A DNA stretch of 64,000 nt, from assembly GCF_018350175.1 (NCBI RefSeq), contig NC_058383.1, forward strand, positions 6,448,001 through 6,512,000, given 5' to 3'. The notes under the pieces are model-generated. The model saw only the letters and a program-made list of their open reading frames with translations. It was not told where the DNA came from and ran no database searches. This document shows positions 40,301 through 53,800 of this stretch, piece by piece. The DNA comes from Felis catus. Taxonomy: Eukaryota. Made by a program: the position numbers and the translations under genes. Position 1 is the first letter of the stretch. Every line of letters begins with the position of its first letter.

Positions 40301-43300
40301 CAACCACCCTGCGAGATCAGCAGGAGGGGCGGTAGACAAAATTCAGTTTTTAAACATTTTAAAACATGATCCACATATTAAGAGCAAACATGTGTCACCA
40401 GTAAGGGAGCCAGAAAATGGTGAACTTGCCCTCAAGGGGCATTTGAAGGACAGAGATTTACAGTCATTTGGGGAAAGGGAAGCTTCAATAACTTTGCTAA
40501 GTTAGAGGCAGAACAGGTTAATGTCCTACCACACAGTAATACTGCAGCCTCTTGGTTTTGTTTTGTTTCTTACCAGAAGAAATCCTTTGCATCCTAGGAC
40601 AAAAATAATTTGTGACTTATCACTATTCACTTAACACCTAACCTTGCAGAGGCTGGGCCCTCACAGACACGTACTCCCTGAGAGAAGTAAACACTCCTCA
40701 GGCCAGTTAGACCACATTGCAGTGTGACCCCAGAGACCCGTTGGCATCCTTTGGCCTTATTTCCCGCATCCTGAATACTTTCTAAAATCAATATTCCCTT
40801 TGATGGATAAGAAAAGTGAAGCTCGGCGGGACGAGGTAACTTGCCACAAAACCAGAATGACTTACAGGGCAGGACTCAAGCTCGCTCGTGCTCTCTGGCT
40901 CATGCACGTCTTCCTGGCCTCCGGCCCCCACAATCAGTTCACAGATGACAGGAGCATACGTTCTGGGACCGTGACAATTACATTTTCAAAGTAAAGGCTC
41001 TCTGCCCCACTGTTTCCTTTAAACTTCCTTGCGGGATCTCGTGCCGGGGCTGGGACTCCGTTATCTGGAGCCCTGTACCTCATGCAAGACACCTGGATGT
41101 CAGCAATGTTTGGACAACTGCTCCCCTCCTGGGCTCGCTTACTTTAGGCGGCCGGCAATGGTTCGCCATTGCTCCCCCTTCCAGCCCACTTGGCCAAGTC
41201 ATCATATTTATTGGGTACTTTGAGAACGATGCACTGGGATAGCTTAGGATCTGGCTGGGGAGCCAGTTTTTCATCCGCTATTTCTCCCATTCCCCTTCCT
41301 GCCCAGCTGAAAATGGTGAACTGAGCCGGGAGTATGAAGAATCACAGAGCCGGCTCAATCAAATCCTGCGGATAAAGACATCACTGACATCGCAGGTGGA
41401 CGATTACAAGAGGCAGCTGGATGAAGAATCCAAGGTTTGTTTGGTGATGGGGTGGGGGCGACAGAGCTACCTTCCTGAAGAAAGTTACAGGTTATGAAGA
41501 TGTAGAAGGAACATGAAAAGTGGTACCTAGGGGCACCTGGGTGGCTCAGTTGGTTGAGCATCCGACTTCAGCTCAGGCTATTATCTCACGTTTGTGAGTT
41601 TGAGCCCTGCATTAGGCTCATTGCTGTCGGTGCAGAGACTGCTTCAGATCCTCTGTCCCCCTCTTTCTCTGCCCCTCCCCGGCTCATGCTTGCTCTCTCT
41701 CACTGGCTCTCTCTCAAAAATGAATAAAAGCATTAAAAAAAAAGCATTAAAAAACTGTAATATGCTACGTGTATGACTAAATGAAAGTGATGAACTCCCA
41801 TATCCTCATGGACAGTAATTGGAACAAAATGAGGAAAATAAACCCTGATGGCCTGGGTTGTAGAATCGGTGTCCTTTCCCCCCTTCACTTGCTGCACTGT
41901 CAATCCAATGCTGCAGATGTCTAAGCAATGGCCCTGGGGTCCACAGAGACCAGCGGGGCCTCTGACGGCCTCCACTGGTCCCCACAGTCTCGCAGCACGG
42001 CCATGGTGAGTCTTGCCAACACGAAGCATGACCTGGACCTGGTGAAGGAGCAGCTGGAGGAGGAGCAGGGAGGCAAGTCAGAGCTGCAGCGCCTCGTGTC
42101 CAAGCTCAACACTGAGGTGACCACCTGGAGGACCAAGTATGAGACGGATGCCATCCAGAGGACCGAGGAGCTGGAGGAGACCAAGTGAGTGTGACCCTGT
42201 CCCAGAGAGCTGGGAAGGCTGGGGTGTGGGTAGTGCTGGTGGTCTGACCACATCAGACACTTGCTGAGGCCAGGGTCACGTCCAGGAGAAAGCAGTTCAC
42301 AGGCTCCTCTTAAAATTTAAAAAAAAAATTTTTTTTAATGTTTATTTATTTCTGACAGAGAGAGAAAGAGAGAGACAGAGCATGAGCGGGGGAGGGGCAG
42401 AGAGCGAGGGAGACAGAATCCGAAGCAGGCTCCAGGCTCCGAGCTGTCAGCACAGAGCCCGACGCGGGGCTCGAACTCACAGACCGCGAGATCATGACCT
42501 GAGCCAAAGTCAGATTCTCAAACGACTGAGCCACCCAGGCGCCCCCTCTTAAAATTTTCTTTAATGTTTATTTACTTTTGAGGGAGAGAGAAACAGAGTG
42601 TGAGTGCGGGAGGGGCAGACAGGGAGACACAGACCTCGATGAGGGCTCCAGGCTCTGAGCTGTCTGCACAGAGCCTGATGTGGGGCTCAAACTCATGAAC
42701 TGTGACATCATGACCTGAGCACAGGCTCCTCTTAAAGTGGGGGCCGGGAGGGGATGTGTGTCTAGATAGGAGAGCCCATTTTGTGCCCTTAGCAAAGTAG
42801 CCTTTGGGTTCCATCCTCAAGGATCTCTACATGTCAGCATGAAAGTGCTCAGGCTCCTGCAAGGAAGTCAAGAACAGGGCCTCCACCTCCAGGCAGGGTT
42901 TCTCTGCCCTTAAAGTGCTCAGGAAGCTTCCACAGGTCTGCTAGGTCTGTGGCGGGGCCTCTGGGCGATGTTGGGAGGGCTCAGACCACACTCCCAAAGG
43001 TCCTCACTCTGCTGGTTCCCCAGCTCTGTGCTAAATGCCCTCAAAGCTTGCAAGCCTTCTTCCTCATTTGCAAACTAGAGTGGTGGACATTCTGCCTGAT
43101 GGGCCTGAGGAAGTAAGAGTGGACACGTGAATGTGGCTCAGAGCCACCGTCTTGTAGAACAGGCTGGCTTGCTTGCCCATGGGAAGCCCTGCATGTGAGC
43201 CACCAGGCACCCGGCAGGGAGGGTACCCCGGCCTGCTTGCCTGTCTTGCTCGCCCCCTGGAAATTTGTGGCGACATGACAGGGATAAGCACAGAGCCCTC

Positions 43301-44782
43301 CAGCTGACGTAAATCTCTTATCAGAAGGTCTTCATACATTGAGCCTAAATCTGCCTTCCTGTAGCCTCCAGCTCCTGAGCTCTGGCCCTTTTCTATTTTC
43401 TGCTGAGAGCGGCCAGCAGCTGCCTGGTCCCACCCCAAAGCTCACTCTAGATCTCAATCCCTCACCCCTCTCTGCCTGGACCTTCTTCCCCAGACACCCA
43501 CAGGGTCCTTGCCCTCCCTCCTCTCCCTCCGGCCTCCGCTCATGTGTTCCCCTCCCTGCTTTACTTTCTCCGTGGTGCTTCTGTCTCTAGTTCTATCCCT
43601 CGTCTAGAACAGATGTTTTGTGAAGGCAGGAGTCTTAGTCTGTTTTTATTCAATACTGTTTTTCGAATGCCTGTAACAATACCTGACAGAGTAGAAACAA
43701 TACATAATTGTTGGATGGATGGATGGATGGATGGATGGATGCACGGACAGACAGTGGTTGCTTTCCTCTAATACTCTCCATTTTTTCTGCATCTTCTCCA
43801 CTGTGACCCCAGAGCTCAGGACCACAAACACAGCCCCCTGGCCCATGGGCTTCTATGTTTCCTTGATGGCCTCTTTTGCCCTCACCCACAGGAGGAAACT
43901 GGCCGCCAGACTCCAGGAAGCAGAAGAGACAGCCGAAGCCGCCCAGGCCAGGGCTGCCTCCCTTGAGAAAAATAAACAGCGACTCCAGGCAGAAATCGAG
44001 GACCTCACCATCGACTTGGAGAAGGTCAGGGGGTCAAAATGTTCGAAGGCTGCCTATTTGCTGGGTCCAAGGGACCCCAGGGAGCTGTTGGAAACTGTCA
44101 CATGTCTGGGCTTACCAAGAAAAAACAGGTGGCCCAACAGGATGGAGCACAGGGTCTGTATTCAGGCCCACTGAACACAGGCTCTCGCCTGCAAATGTGT
44201 TTATATACTCATAATTCTGCAATCTTAACACCCAACAGGTCGCTATTCAAATAGCTCTGTGGTGAGGACAAAACAGTCCCAGGAAGTCATGCAACCTATC
44301 GTCTCTGTTCCCCTTTTCCTCACACAAACCACATAACACACACTTTGTGTGGCTAAATATTCCTGTTTGCATCCCTGGTTCAGACTGATTTGCCAGACTT
44401 CAGCCAAATTAAATAAGATTTCAACTGGTACACAGGAACCTGGTCTTGGTGTTTCAGGGCAACTGCTTCATGCCAGTGGTGAGGGGCAGAGGGGCATATC
44501 CATGTGAGAGGCTTCAGGAAAATAGCCCCAAAACCTGAAAAGGTTTTACTCCTCCAAAATTAAGAAATGAAGCAGAAATTTACAAAATCCAGTATTGCAC
44601 AGCAATAAATACATAGTTGCTGGAGTGCCTGGGTGGCTCAGTCGGTTAAGCATCCAACTTCGGCACAGGTCATGTCACAGTTCGTGAGTTGGAGCCCCAC
44701 ATAGGGCTCTGGCTGACAGTTCAGAGCCTGGAGCCTGCTTCAGATTCTGTGTCTCTCTCACTCTCTGCCCCTCCCCAGCTTA

Positions 44783-44832
<50 letters not shown>

Positions 44833-47800
44833 AAATAAACATTAGGGGCGCCTGGGTGGCGCAGTCGGTTAAGCGTCCGACTTCAGCCAGGTCACGATCT
44901 CGCGGTCCGTGAGTTCGAGCCCTGTGTCAGGCTCTGGGCTGATGGCTCAGAGCCTGGAGCCTGTTTCCGATTCTGTGTCTCCCTCTCTCTCTGCCCCTCC
45001 CCCGTTCATGCTCTGTCTCTCTCTGTCCCAAAAATTAATAAACGTTGAAAAAAAAAATTAAAAAAAAATAAACATTAAAAAATAAATACATAGTTGCTGG
45101 ACACTTATGAAAAGGAGGAAAGGTCTATGAAAAATAAGGTCTGAGAATAATCAGCTTTGATTCACAAGAAAAATAACACCAAACCCATCTCTGAGTTGGA
45201 CAATGACATGTAACAGGTATTAGTAAGTCATGGAGAAAAATGTTACGGGGGGTTGGGTGAATGTTATAAATCTGGGAAGGCCACTGTGGCCCAGATCCCT
45301 CATCATACACCTAAGAAAATCCTAGCCTGGGAAGATAAAATGGACTGCCCAAGGTCACATATCTAGTAGTAGGAGTTTTAGAACTGGAGGGTAACTCCAG
45401 GCTCCTTGCCCTGTGCTTGTGCTATAAATGTTGAATTATATCCCAATCCCCAAGAAATCTGTGGTCACCAGAGTTACTGGGGAGGGCTGGGGAAGGCAGG
45501 GAGGAGGGCAGAAGCAGAGGAACTGGATGGAGAGTCAGAACCCCCGGACACCATCATCCCCACCTCTCCCCAGGCCAATGCTGCGGCCGCTGCCCTGGAC
45601 AAGAAGCAGCGGGTCTTTGACAAGATGCTGGCCGAGTGGCAGCAGAAGTGCGAAGAGCTGCAGGTGGAAGTGGACAGTGCGCAGAAGGAGTGCCGCATGT
45701 ACATGACCGAGAGCTTCAAGATCAAGACCGCCTACGAGGAGTCCCTGGAGCACCTTGAGTCGGTGAAGAAGGAGAACAAGACTCTGCAGGGTGAGTCTGA
45801 GGGCAGGGACAAAGACCCAGGCAGGGCCTCCCTCCTCCTGAGCGCATCACAGGCACATAGTAGGTACCTGGCACATAGTAGGTACACACGATAGATGCCA
45901 ACTGCCTGGCAAGCAATTTGTAGAAGCACTTGGGCACTCAGCAACATGACTTCGAGCAGGTGAGTTACTTCACCTTTCTGTGCCTCAGTTTCCTCATCTG
46001 TACATTGGGGAAATAATAATGTCTTCCTTGTAAGGTTGAGACAGTTGGAATAAGATAAAATGTGTAAAATCTTCACTGAGTAGAGTAGCTGGCAGAAATG
46101 AGGGCTCAACAGATTTTATGTATTGAGCCCTTACATCTGTCCTATGCACACAACATACATGGAAGATTTCTTACGTATAGGAGTCTCATGCTGGAACTCC
46201 GTTCTGTTGGATGTTGTTTGAAAATTGGTGCCTATCTGTTGAAGAATGTTTTGCTATACAGGGATTTGACTGCATTAATGAGTTTTTATGGCAGGTACAC
46301 ATTTCTAACCACAAAATCAGTTGTGTAAGATAGGTCAGGGTTTTTTGTTGTTGTTTTGTTTTTTTTTTTGTTGTTTTCAAGAACTGTTCTGCTGAGCAGC
46401 AAAAATCTCAGTCAACACAGGGTTTCCTCAGTTCAGGTTAGGTGCCTGATGTAGGGTCACTGCAATGGAGGGTAGAGGCAGATGGTCCCTGATTGCCCCC
46501 CAAACCTGCCCAAGGTCCTATGAGTCCCTCCCTGGGGAGTTGTCGGCTCACAGGGTATAATCTCAAGAGCCCAGCATGTGAGGTATGAAGGCTCTGCTTC
46601 TGTGGTCTCAAAAGTGTGAATACTAAAGGTCTTAAATATAAATACCTGAGTTAAGATAGGGGAGAAACAACCAGAACACCCAGATCAAGGTTGCCTGGAC
46701 TAGGAAAATAGGAGGTGGTTGCTGATTAGGTTCTGCTGAAGGTCCCAGGGCCCTGCCTCCTCCCTTAACCCCCATCCCACCTCCAACTCCTGGTGCAGAT
46801 GAGAAAGCTCCCCAGTAACCTGGGAGTTAAGAGCAGAGGAATATGCACTTCACCTGGCCGGTGAAGCATAGGTGGGAACAAACCTTGTAAAGTAGCCCCA
46901 GTCAGGGGCACCTGGGTGGCTCAGTCAGTTAAGCATCCAACTTCAGCTCAGATCATGATCTTGTGGCTCATGAGTTCAGGCCCTGTGTTGGGCTCTGGGC
47001 TGACAGCTCAGAGCTTGGAGCCTGTTTTGGATTTCTGTGTCTCCCTCTCTCTCTTCCCCTCCCCTACTTGCGCTCTCTCTCGCTCTCTCGCTCTCTCGCT
47101 CTCTCTCTCTCTCTCTCTCTTGCTCCCCCTCAAAAAATAAATTTTTAAAAAATTAAAAAGAAATTAAGTAAAGTAGCCCCAGCCTGGTGGGAGCCATGGA
47201 GGAGAATGGCCAAGCAGCTTACTTGGGCTGAGAGGGTGTGAGGCAGCATCACAGCATTCCTCACGGTCCCAGAGCAGTGCAGTAGAGAATGTTCTGGAAA
47301 CAGCCACTATGTCCAGGACAGGCGACGGGAAGCCATGTGGGCTACGAGTGTGTCTGTGACATCAGCACAGATGGACCCCAACAGCTGAGACTTAGATGAT
47401 GCCCCCAGTGCTTTCTACTCTACCTGGAACTTAGAAACCCAAGCAGGAAGATATTGGATTAAATGAGATTTCTCTGAACTCAGGGGAGGCTTGATGTAGG
47501 AATGGAGTTTGGTCATGGATTAGTCAAGGTAGTCACATTTCTTGGACACCTCTGGTTGCGGCTGACATTTATGGCTGCTCCAAGGTGCTGGGTGGGTCCC
47601 TGGGAGCTCCTCTGGGTGGGCAACAGGTCTCCCAACTGAGGAAGGAGATCAGAAAGGCTCTACTCCTCCCACCTTTTCTTGGTTTTCAGACCTGGTGGGG
47701 GGATGCAGAGGGGGAGAAAGGGTCTGAGAAAGGAAGGCCTGGAGTTTAGGCCTAATGGGCCTGGGGAGTCCTGGGCACTGGCCCCCCAAGCTGTTCAGTG

Positions 47801-50800
47801 CTTACCCATTCTTTTGTGGGCCTCAGCCTCTCATCTGTAAAATGAGGAGCTTGAACTCACTGTTCTCCAATGCCCAAGCCCTGATGCTCCATGAGTCTAC
47901 GACTTGGAGTATGTTGCTTCTCTTTGGATACAGTGAGGCTAGGAGTGCCTGCTTCTGCCCTGATGTGAGAATGTCTGTGTCATATGCCATGGCCCTGGGA
48001 AGCTGGTGGTCCTCGTGTGCCTTATTAACGAGAATATTCCTTTCTCAGAGGAGATAAAGGAACTGATTGATCAGCTGGGTGAGGGAGGACGGAGCGTGCA
48101 TGAGCTGCAGAAGTTGAAGAAAAAATTGGAGATTGAGAAAGAAGAACTCCAGGTGGCCCTAGAGGAAGCGGAATCTTCCCTGGAGGTAACCATGTGGCCA
48201 TCACCTTGAAGGCTAGACCCTTGGCCAGGGACTATGCACCTACTTGGCCAGAAAGACTGATGTTTATATTCCTGGCAGGTTGAAGAGAGCAAGGTGATTC
48301 GAATTCAGCTGGAACTGGCTCAGGTTAAAGCTGACATCGACCGGAGAATCCACGAGAAAGAAGAGGAATTTGAAGCTACGAGGTATGGGGCTGAGGTGAT
48401 GGGAGGCTGACTTTGGGTAGCATTGACGGGCCTCTGCCACCTACTAGTCATCTGACCTTGGGCAATTTAGGTGAATACTCTGAAACATAGTACTTCAGTG
48501 ATCACAAAANNNNNNNNNNNNNNNNNNNNNNNNNNNNNNNNNNNNNNNNNNNNNNNNNNNNNNNNNNNNNNNNNNNNNNNNNNNNNNNNNNNNNNNNNNN
48601 NNNNNNNNNNNNNNNNNNNNNNNNNNNNNNNNNNNNNNNNNNNNNNNNNNNACTACCACTAGTCATGAGGGAAATGCCTCACACCCATTAGGATGGCNNN
48701 NNNNNNNNNNNNNNNNNNNNNNNNNNNNNNNNNNNNNNNNNNNNNNNNNNNNNNNNNNNNNNNNNNNNNNNNNNNNNNNNNNNNNNNNNNNNNNNNNNNN
48801 NNNNNNNNNNNNNNNNNNNNNNNNNNNNNNNNNNNNNNNNNNNNNNNNNNNNNNNNNNNNNNNNNNNNNNNNNNNNNNNNNNNNNNNNNNNNNNNNNNNN
48901 NNNNNNNNNNNNNNNNNNTACCATGTTCATAGCATCATTCAGAAGAGCTGTGGCATGAAAGCAACCCAAGTCCACTGACAAAGGAATGGATAAACAAAAT
49001 GTGGTCTCTACACACAGTGCAAATTTATCCAGCCTTCACAAGCAAGGAAATTCAGACACCTGCTACAACATGGGTGAACCTTGAGGACATTATAACTGAG
49101 TGAAAAAAAGCCAGTCACAAAAAGACAGATACTGCATGGTTCTACCTACAAGAGGAAGTACTTAGACCAGTCACAATCACAGAAACAGAAAGCAGAATAG
49201 TAGTTGCCAGGGGCCAGGGGAAAGAGGGATATTGGGGAGTTAGTGTTTCATGGGGACATGGTTTAGTTTTATCAGATGAAAAGAGTTCTGGAGACAGGCG
49301 GTGCCAATAGAAGCACAGCATGATGTATGTGTTTAATACCACAGGACCGCACACTTCAAAATGGTTAACATAGAACATTTTACGTAATGCATATTTTCCC
49401 ACAATAAAAAAAAATCAGAAAGCCCCCCTGTGAGATGGATGCAGTTGCCCCATCTGACAGATGTGAATGACGACAGCTTCTCGTCACCCCTCTCAGGGGT
49501 GGTGAAGATTAACTGAGATGATAAATATGAAAGTACTCCGTAACCTGCAAAGCCACACAGATATAAATTACTATGAACATTCATGAACCCTCAGAAAACA
49601 TCCACCATGTCATGGAAAAGAACTGATCTGCTGGGTGCTGGATTTGGAGATTTCTTTTTAATTCAGTGTCCACTGTTGCTGCCTGAGGTTCCAGTAAGTT
49701 TTGGACTCAGCACTAAGTTTTTGTTTACAGAAATATGATTTGTTGTGATTCTGAGAAGATCAACACATTTGCAACTGTCCACATTGGCATCTTGCCTAAA
49801 CTGCCTGCCTGAAATCTTCCTGCACTATTGCTTCCTGAGTTTACAACATCCCCCAGAATCACCCCTAACAAAGCTGCAGGCAGAGCCACTGGAGGGAGAA
49901 GCCCCATGACTCCGCAGCCATTAGAATAAACCCTAAATATCTAGCTATATGCCACTATGTGGCGTGGCGGGGGGAGGGGAGGAGAGAGAGTTTGCAACAG
50001 ATTGGAGATATAATTTACATAGTTTGCCCATGACAAGGGAAAAATTCAATGGTTTTCAGTTGTGCAATTATCACTGCAATTTTAGAACATTTTCATCACT
50101 CCCCCCAAAGAAACCCCATATCCTTTTGCAGTGTTGCCCCATTTCTCCCCACCACCCCCACTCCCAGACCTAGGCAACAACTAATCTAGCCAACAACTTT
50201 CTCTGGATTTGTCTATCCTGGACATCCCATATAAATGGAATCCTACAATATGTGGTCCTTTGTGACTGGCTTCTTTCACTTGGCATCATGTTTTCAAGCT
50301 TCATCCATGTTGGAGAAAGTGTAAGTATTTCATTCCTTTTTATTCCTGAATACTATGCCATAGTTTGGAAAGATCCCATTTTGTTTATCTATTCATCAGT
50401 TGATGGACATTTGGGTTGTTTTCACCTTTTGGCCACTGTGGATAACGCCACTATGAGCATCCATATACGAGTTTTTGTGTAGATAGAGGTTTACATTTCT
50501 CTTGGGTATGTACCTAGGACTAGAAGTTCCGGTAATATGTTCACTCTGTGTTTAACTTTTTGCAGAATGGTCAGATTCTTCTCCAAAGCAATTGTACTAT
50601 TTTACATTCTCAGGGTTATAAGGGCTGTAGGGTCTCCAGATCTTCTCTAACATTTTATCATTACCTTTTTTTATCCTAGCCAACCTAGTGTATGGGAGGT
50701 AGTATCTCACTGTGGTTTAGAACTGTATTTCCATTATAGCTAATGATGCTGAGCACCTTTTTAAGTTGTTTTTTTTTTTTTAAGTTTCTTTGAGAGAGAA

Positions 50801-53800
50801 AGAGAGAGCACGCATCAGCACAGAGCCTGATGCAGGGCTCAAACCTACGAACCATCAGATCGTGACCTGAGCTGAAATCAAGAGTTGGATGCTTAACCAA
50901 CTGAGCCACCCAGCTGCTCCTGCTAAGCATCTTTGATGTGCTTATTGGCCACTTCTCTATATTGCCTGGAAAAATGTCTATTCTAATCCTTGGCCCATTT
51001 TAAAAACTAGGTTGTCTTTCTACTGTTGAGTTGTAAGAGTTCTTTAAATATTCTGAATACTAGACCCATCCTTTATCAGATATGTAATTTGCAAATATTT
51101 TCACCCATTCTGTGAGTTGCCTTTTCAGTTTCTTAATAATACCCTCTGAAGCACAAATGTTTTTAAATTTGATGAAGCCCATGTATCTGTTTTTTTCTTT
51201 GGTAGCCTGTATTTTAGGTGTCATATCTAAAAAACTCTTTCCCTAATTTAGTCACAAAGATTCTTGCCTATTTTNNNNNNNNNNNNNNNNNNNNNNNNNN
51301 NNNNNNNNNNNNNNNNNNNNNNNNNNNNNNNNNNNNNNNNNNNNNNNNNNNNNNNNNNNNNNNNNNNNNNNNNNNNNNNNNNNNNNNNNNNNNNNNNNNN
51401 NNNNNNNNNNNNNNNNNNNNNNNNNNGACTGCTCTCTCCCTATTGAATGGTCTTAGCATCCTTGTTGAAAATGAATTGGCTTGGGTTTATTTCTGGATTC
51501 CCAATTCTATTCCATTCATCTATAGGTCTATCNNNNNNNNNNNNNNNNNNNNNNNNNNNNNNNNNNNNNNNNNNNNNNNNNNNNNNNNNNNNNNNNNNNN
51601 NNNNNNNNNNNNNNNNNNNNNNNNNNNNNNNNNNNNNNNNNNNNNNNNNNNNNNNNNNNNNNNNNNNNNNNNNNNNNNNNNNNNNNNNNNNNNNNNNNNN
51701 NNNNNNNNNNNGACTACACCGAATTCCACCTTCACAACATTATGTCTTCCAATCCATGAACATGAATGTCCTTCCATTTATTTAGACCTTTATTTTTTTC
51801 AACATGTTTTATAGTTTTTTTTTTTTGTATTTATTTTTTAAGTCAAATTGAATAAAAATTCTGTTCACTTTTGAGAATGTCATGATACCTTCTCCCATGT
51901 CTAGAAATTGGATACATCTCAGAGTGCTATAAATCCAGCAATGTGCCTACACAATAGAAGGTGTGCAGGGGTAGAGCAGAGGTGAACACCACAGACAAGG
52001 GGCAGGTGACAGGATCTTTTCATGCTAGCCATTTATTTCCCTCAATGAAACAAATATTTTTTGAACATGTAAATTGCCTCCTCTAGTCTCCTTCTATGGA
52101 GGGTTTTATGAAAATGCTCATTATACTGATTACAATACAACTAAATATATTAAATACAATCAACCAATAACTGCTGTTTTACAGAGAGACAAGCTTTGGC
52201 TTGTATAGCCAAAGCTCACATTTTCTAATTAAAAAAACAAAAACAAAACAGCTAGCATTTGGGTTTGAATCCTGTCTCTGTCATGGGCTAAACCTTTGGC
52301 ATGTTTTTCATCATCTTGGAACCTCAGTTTCCTTGCAGGGCTATTCTGCATGTTGAATGAATTGAGATCACAAAAGATATGAGGTAAACATTGACCTTCT
52401 GTGTCCTTTCCCAAAGCACACGCTCCCCCACTTAAATGCTTTAAGGGAAGATACACTCTAATTTCAAATATGGTGGCCATATGCATGTTGATGCTCACAG
52501 ACCTCTTAACTAGGGAGGTTTAGCACAGCCTGACCAGCGGGCCCAGTATGCCAGGGTCTTCTCTGANNNNNNNNNNNNNNNNNNNNNNNNNNNNNNNNNN
52601 NNNNNNNNNNNNNNNNNNNNNNNNNNNNNNNNNNNNNNNNNNNNNNNNNNNNNNNNNNNNNNNNNNNNNNNNNNNNNNNNNNNNNNNNNNNNNNNNNNNN
52701 NNNNNNNNNNNNNNNNNNNNNNNNNNNNNNNNNNNNNNNNNNNNNNNNNNNNNNNNNNNNNNNNNNNNNNNNNNNNNNNNNNNNNNCTAATCACAAAGTA
52801 AGCCATCCCCAAGCTTGCAGGTCCAGGAAGCTAACTTCATGCATGTCTGCAGCTAGGAGAAAAGCATGGAAGTGGCAGCATGGGGTGGCTGAAGTCTAGG
52901 GAACAGGACACTTGGGGACTATCTATATGAGACGCCCCAACCACCTAAGTCCATACCCTGGACCACTAAAAAGAGGGAAGAGAGAAGGAAAACAGAAAGT
53001 TGGGCCTGTCTTGGTTCTTAAAGTCATTCGACTTATTATAAGTGAATTCAGGACAGAAAAATAAAGAACATAGTAAATACTTATATGCCCACCACTCATC
53101 TTAAGAAAAAAACACGAATAGAATTGAAGTCTTCCTTTATTGCTATCGTTGGTCTTTAAAGCATCTGTAGCTGGATCCATGCATCCAACATACATTTTAT
53201 TAGAGACCTGCCCAGTGGAGGCACTGTATTAGGTGCTAGGGGTACAAGAATGTATATAATAAACAGACATCCCTGCAGATAGACAATAAACAACACATAA
53301 ATAAAACTGTAGTATTAAAAACGGCGATACGTGCCACAGAGAAACAACCAGATAGGAGAAGGGAGATGTGGGTTAGCCAGTGGGGGTGTAATGGTCAAGA
53401 TCACTGAGGAAGGCCTCGGTGAGAAGGGCCTGCTGGAGACTCAAGGTGCTCTGTCCTCAGAAAAGCCTTGACCTTATGGTTACCTCTCACTGGACAAATT
53501 CTGGGGGCGCTTGGGCCCTGGCCTGCTAGGCCGCAACCAGACTGGGAACTCCCCCAGCGCAGATCGATACCTTCCACTCTCCTCCTCTGTGGCCTCGAAC
53601 TCCCCAGCCAGACCCCAGCTCCCTGCTGAGCCCAGACCATGCCAGGGTCTGGGAGATGGGCTCAGGCCGGGTCCTCTGCCCCCCCCCCCAGGACCTGCAG
53701 ATGCAGATGGACGAGGATGCCCGGCAGCACGAGGAGCTGCGGGAGCAGTACAACCTGCAGGAGCGGCGCCTGAGCCTGCTGCAAACGGAGCTGGAGGAGG

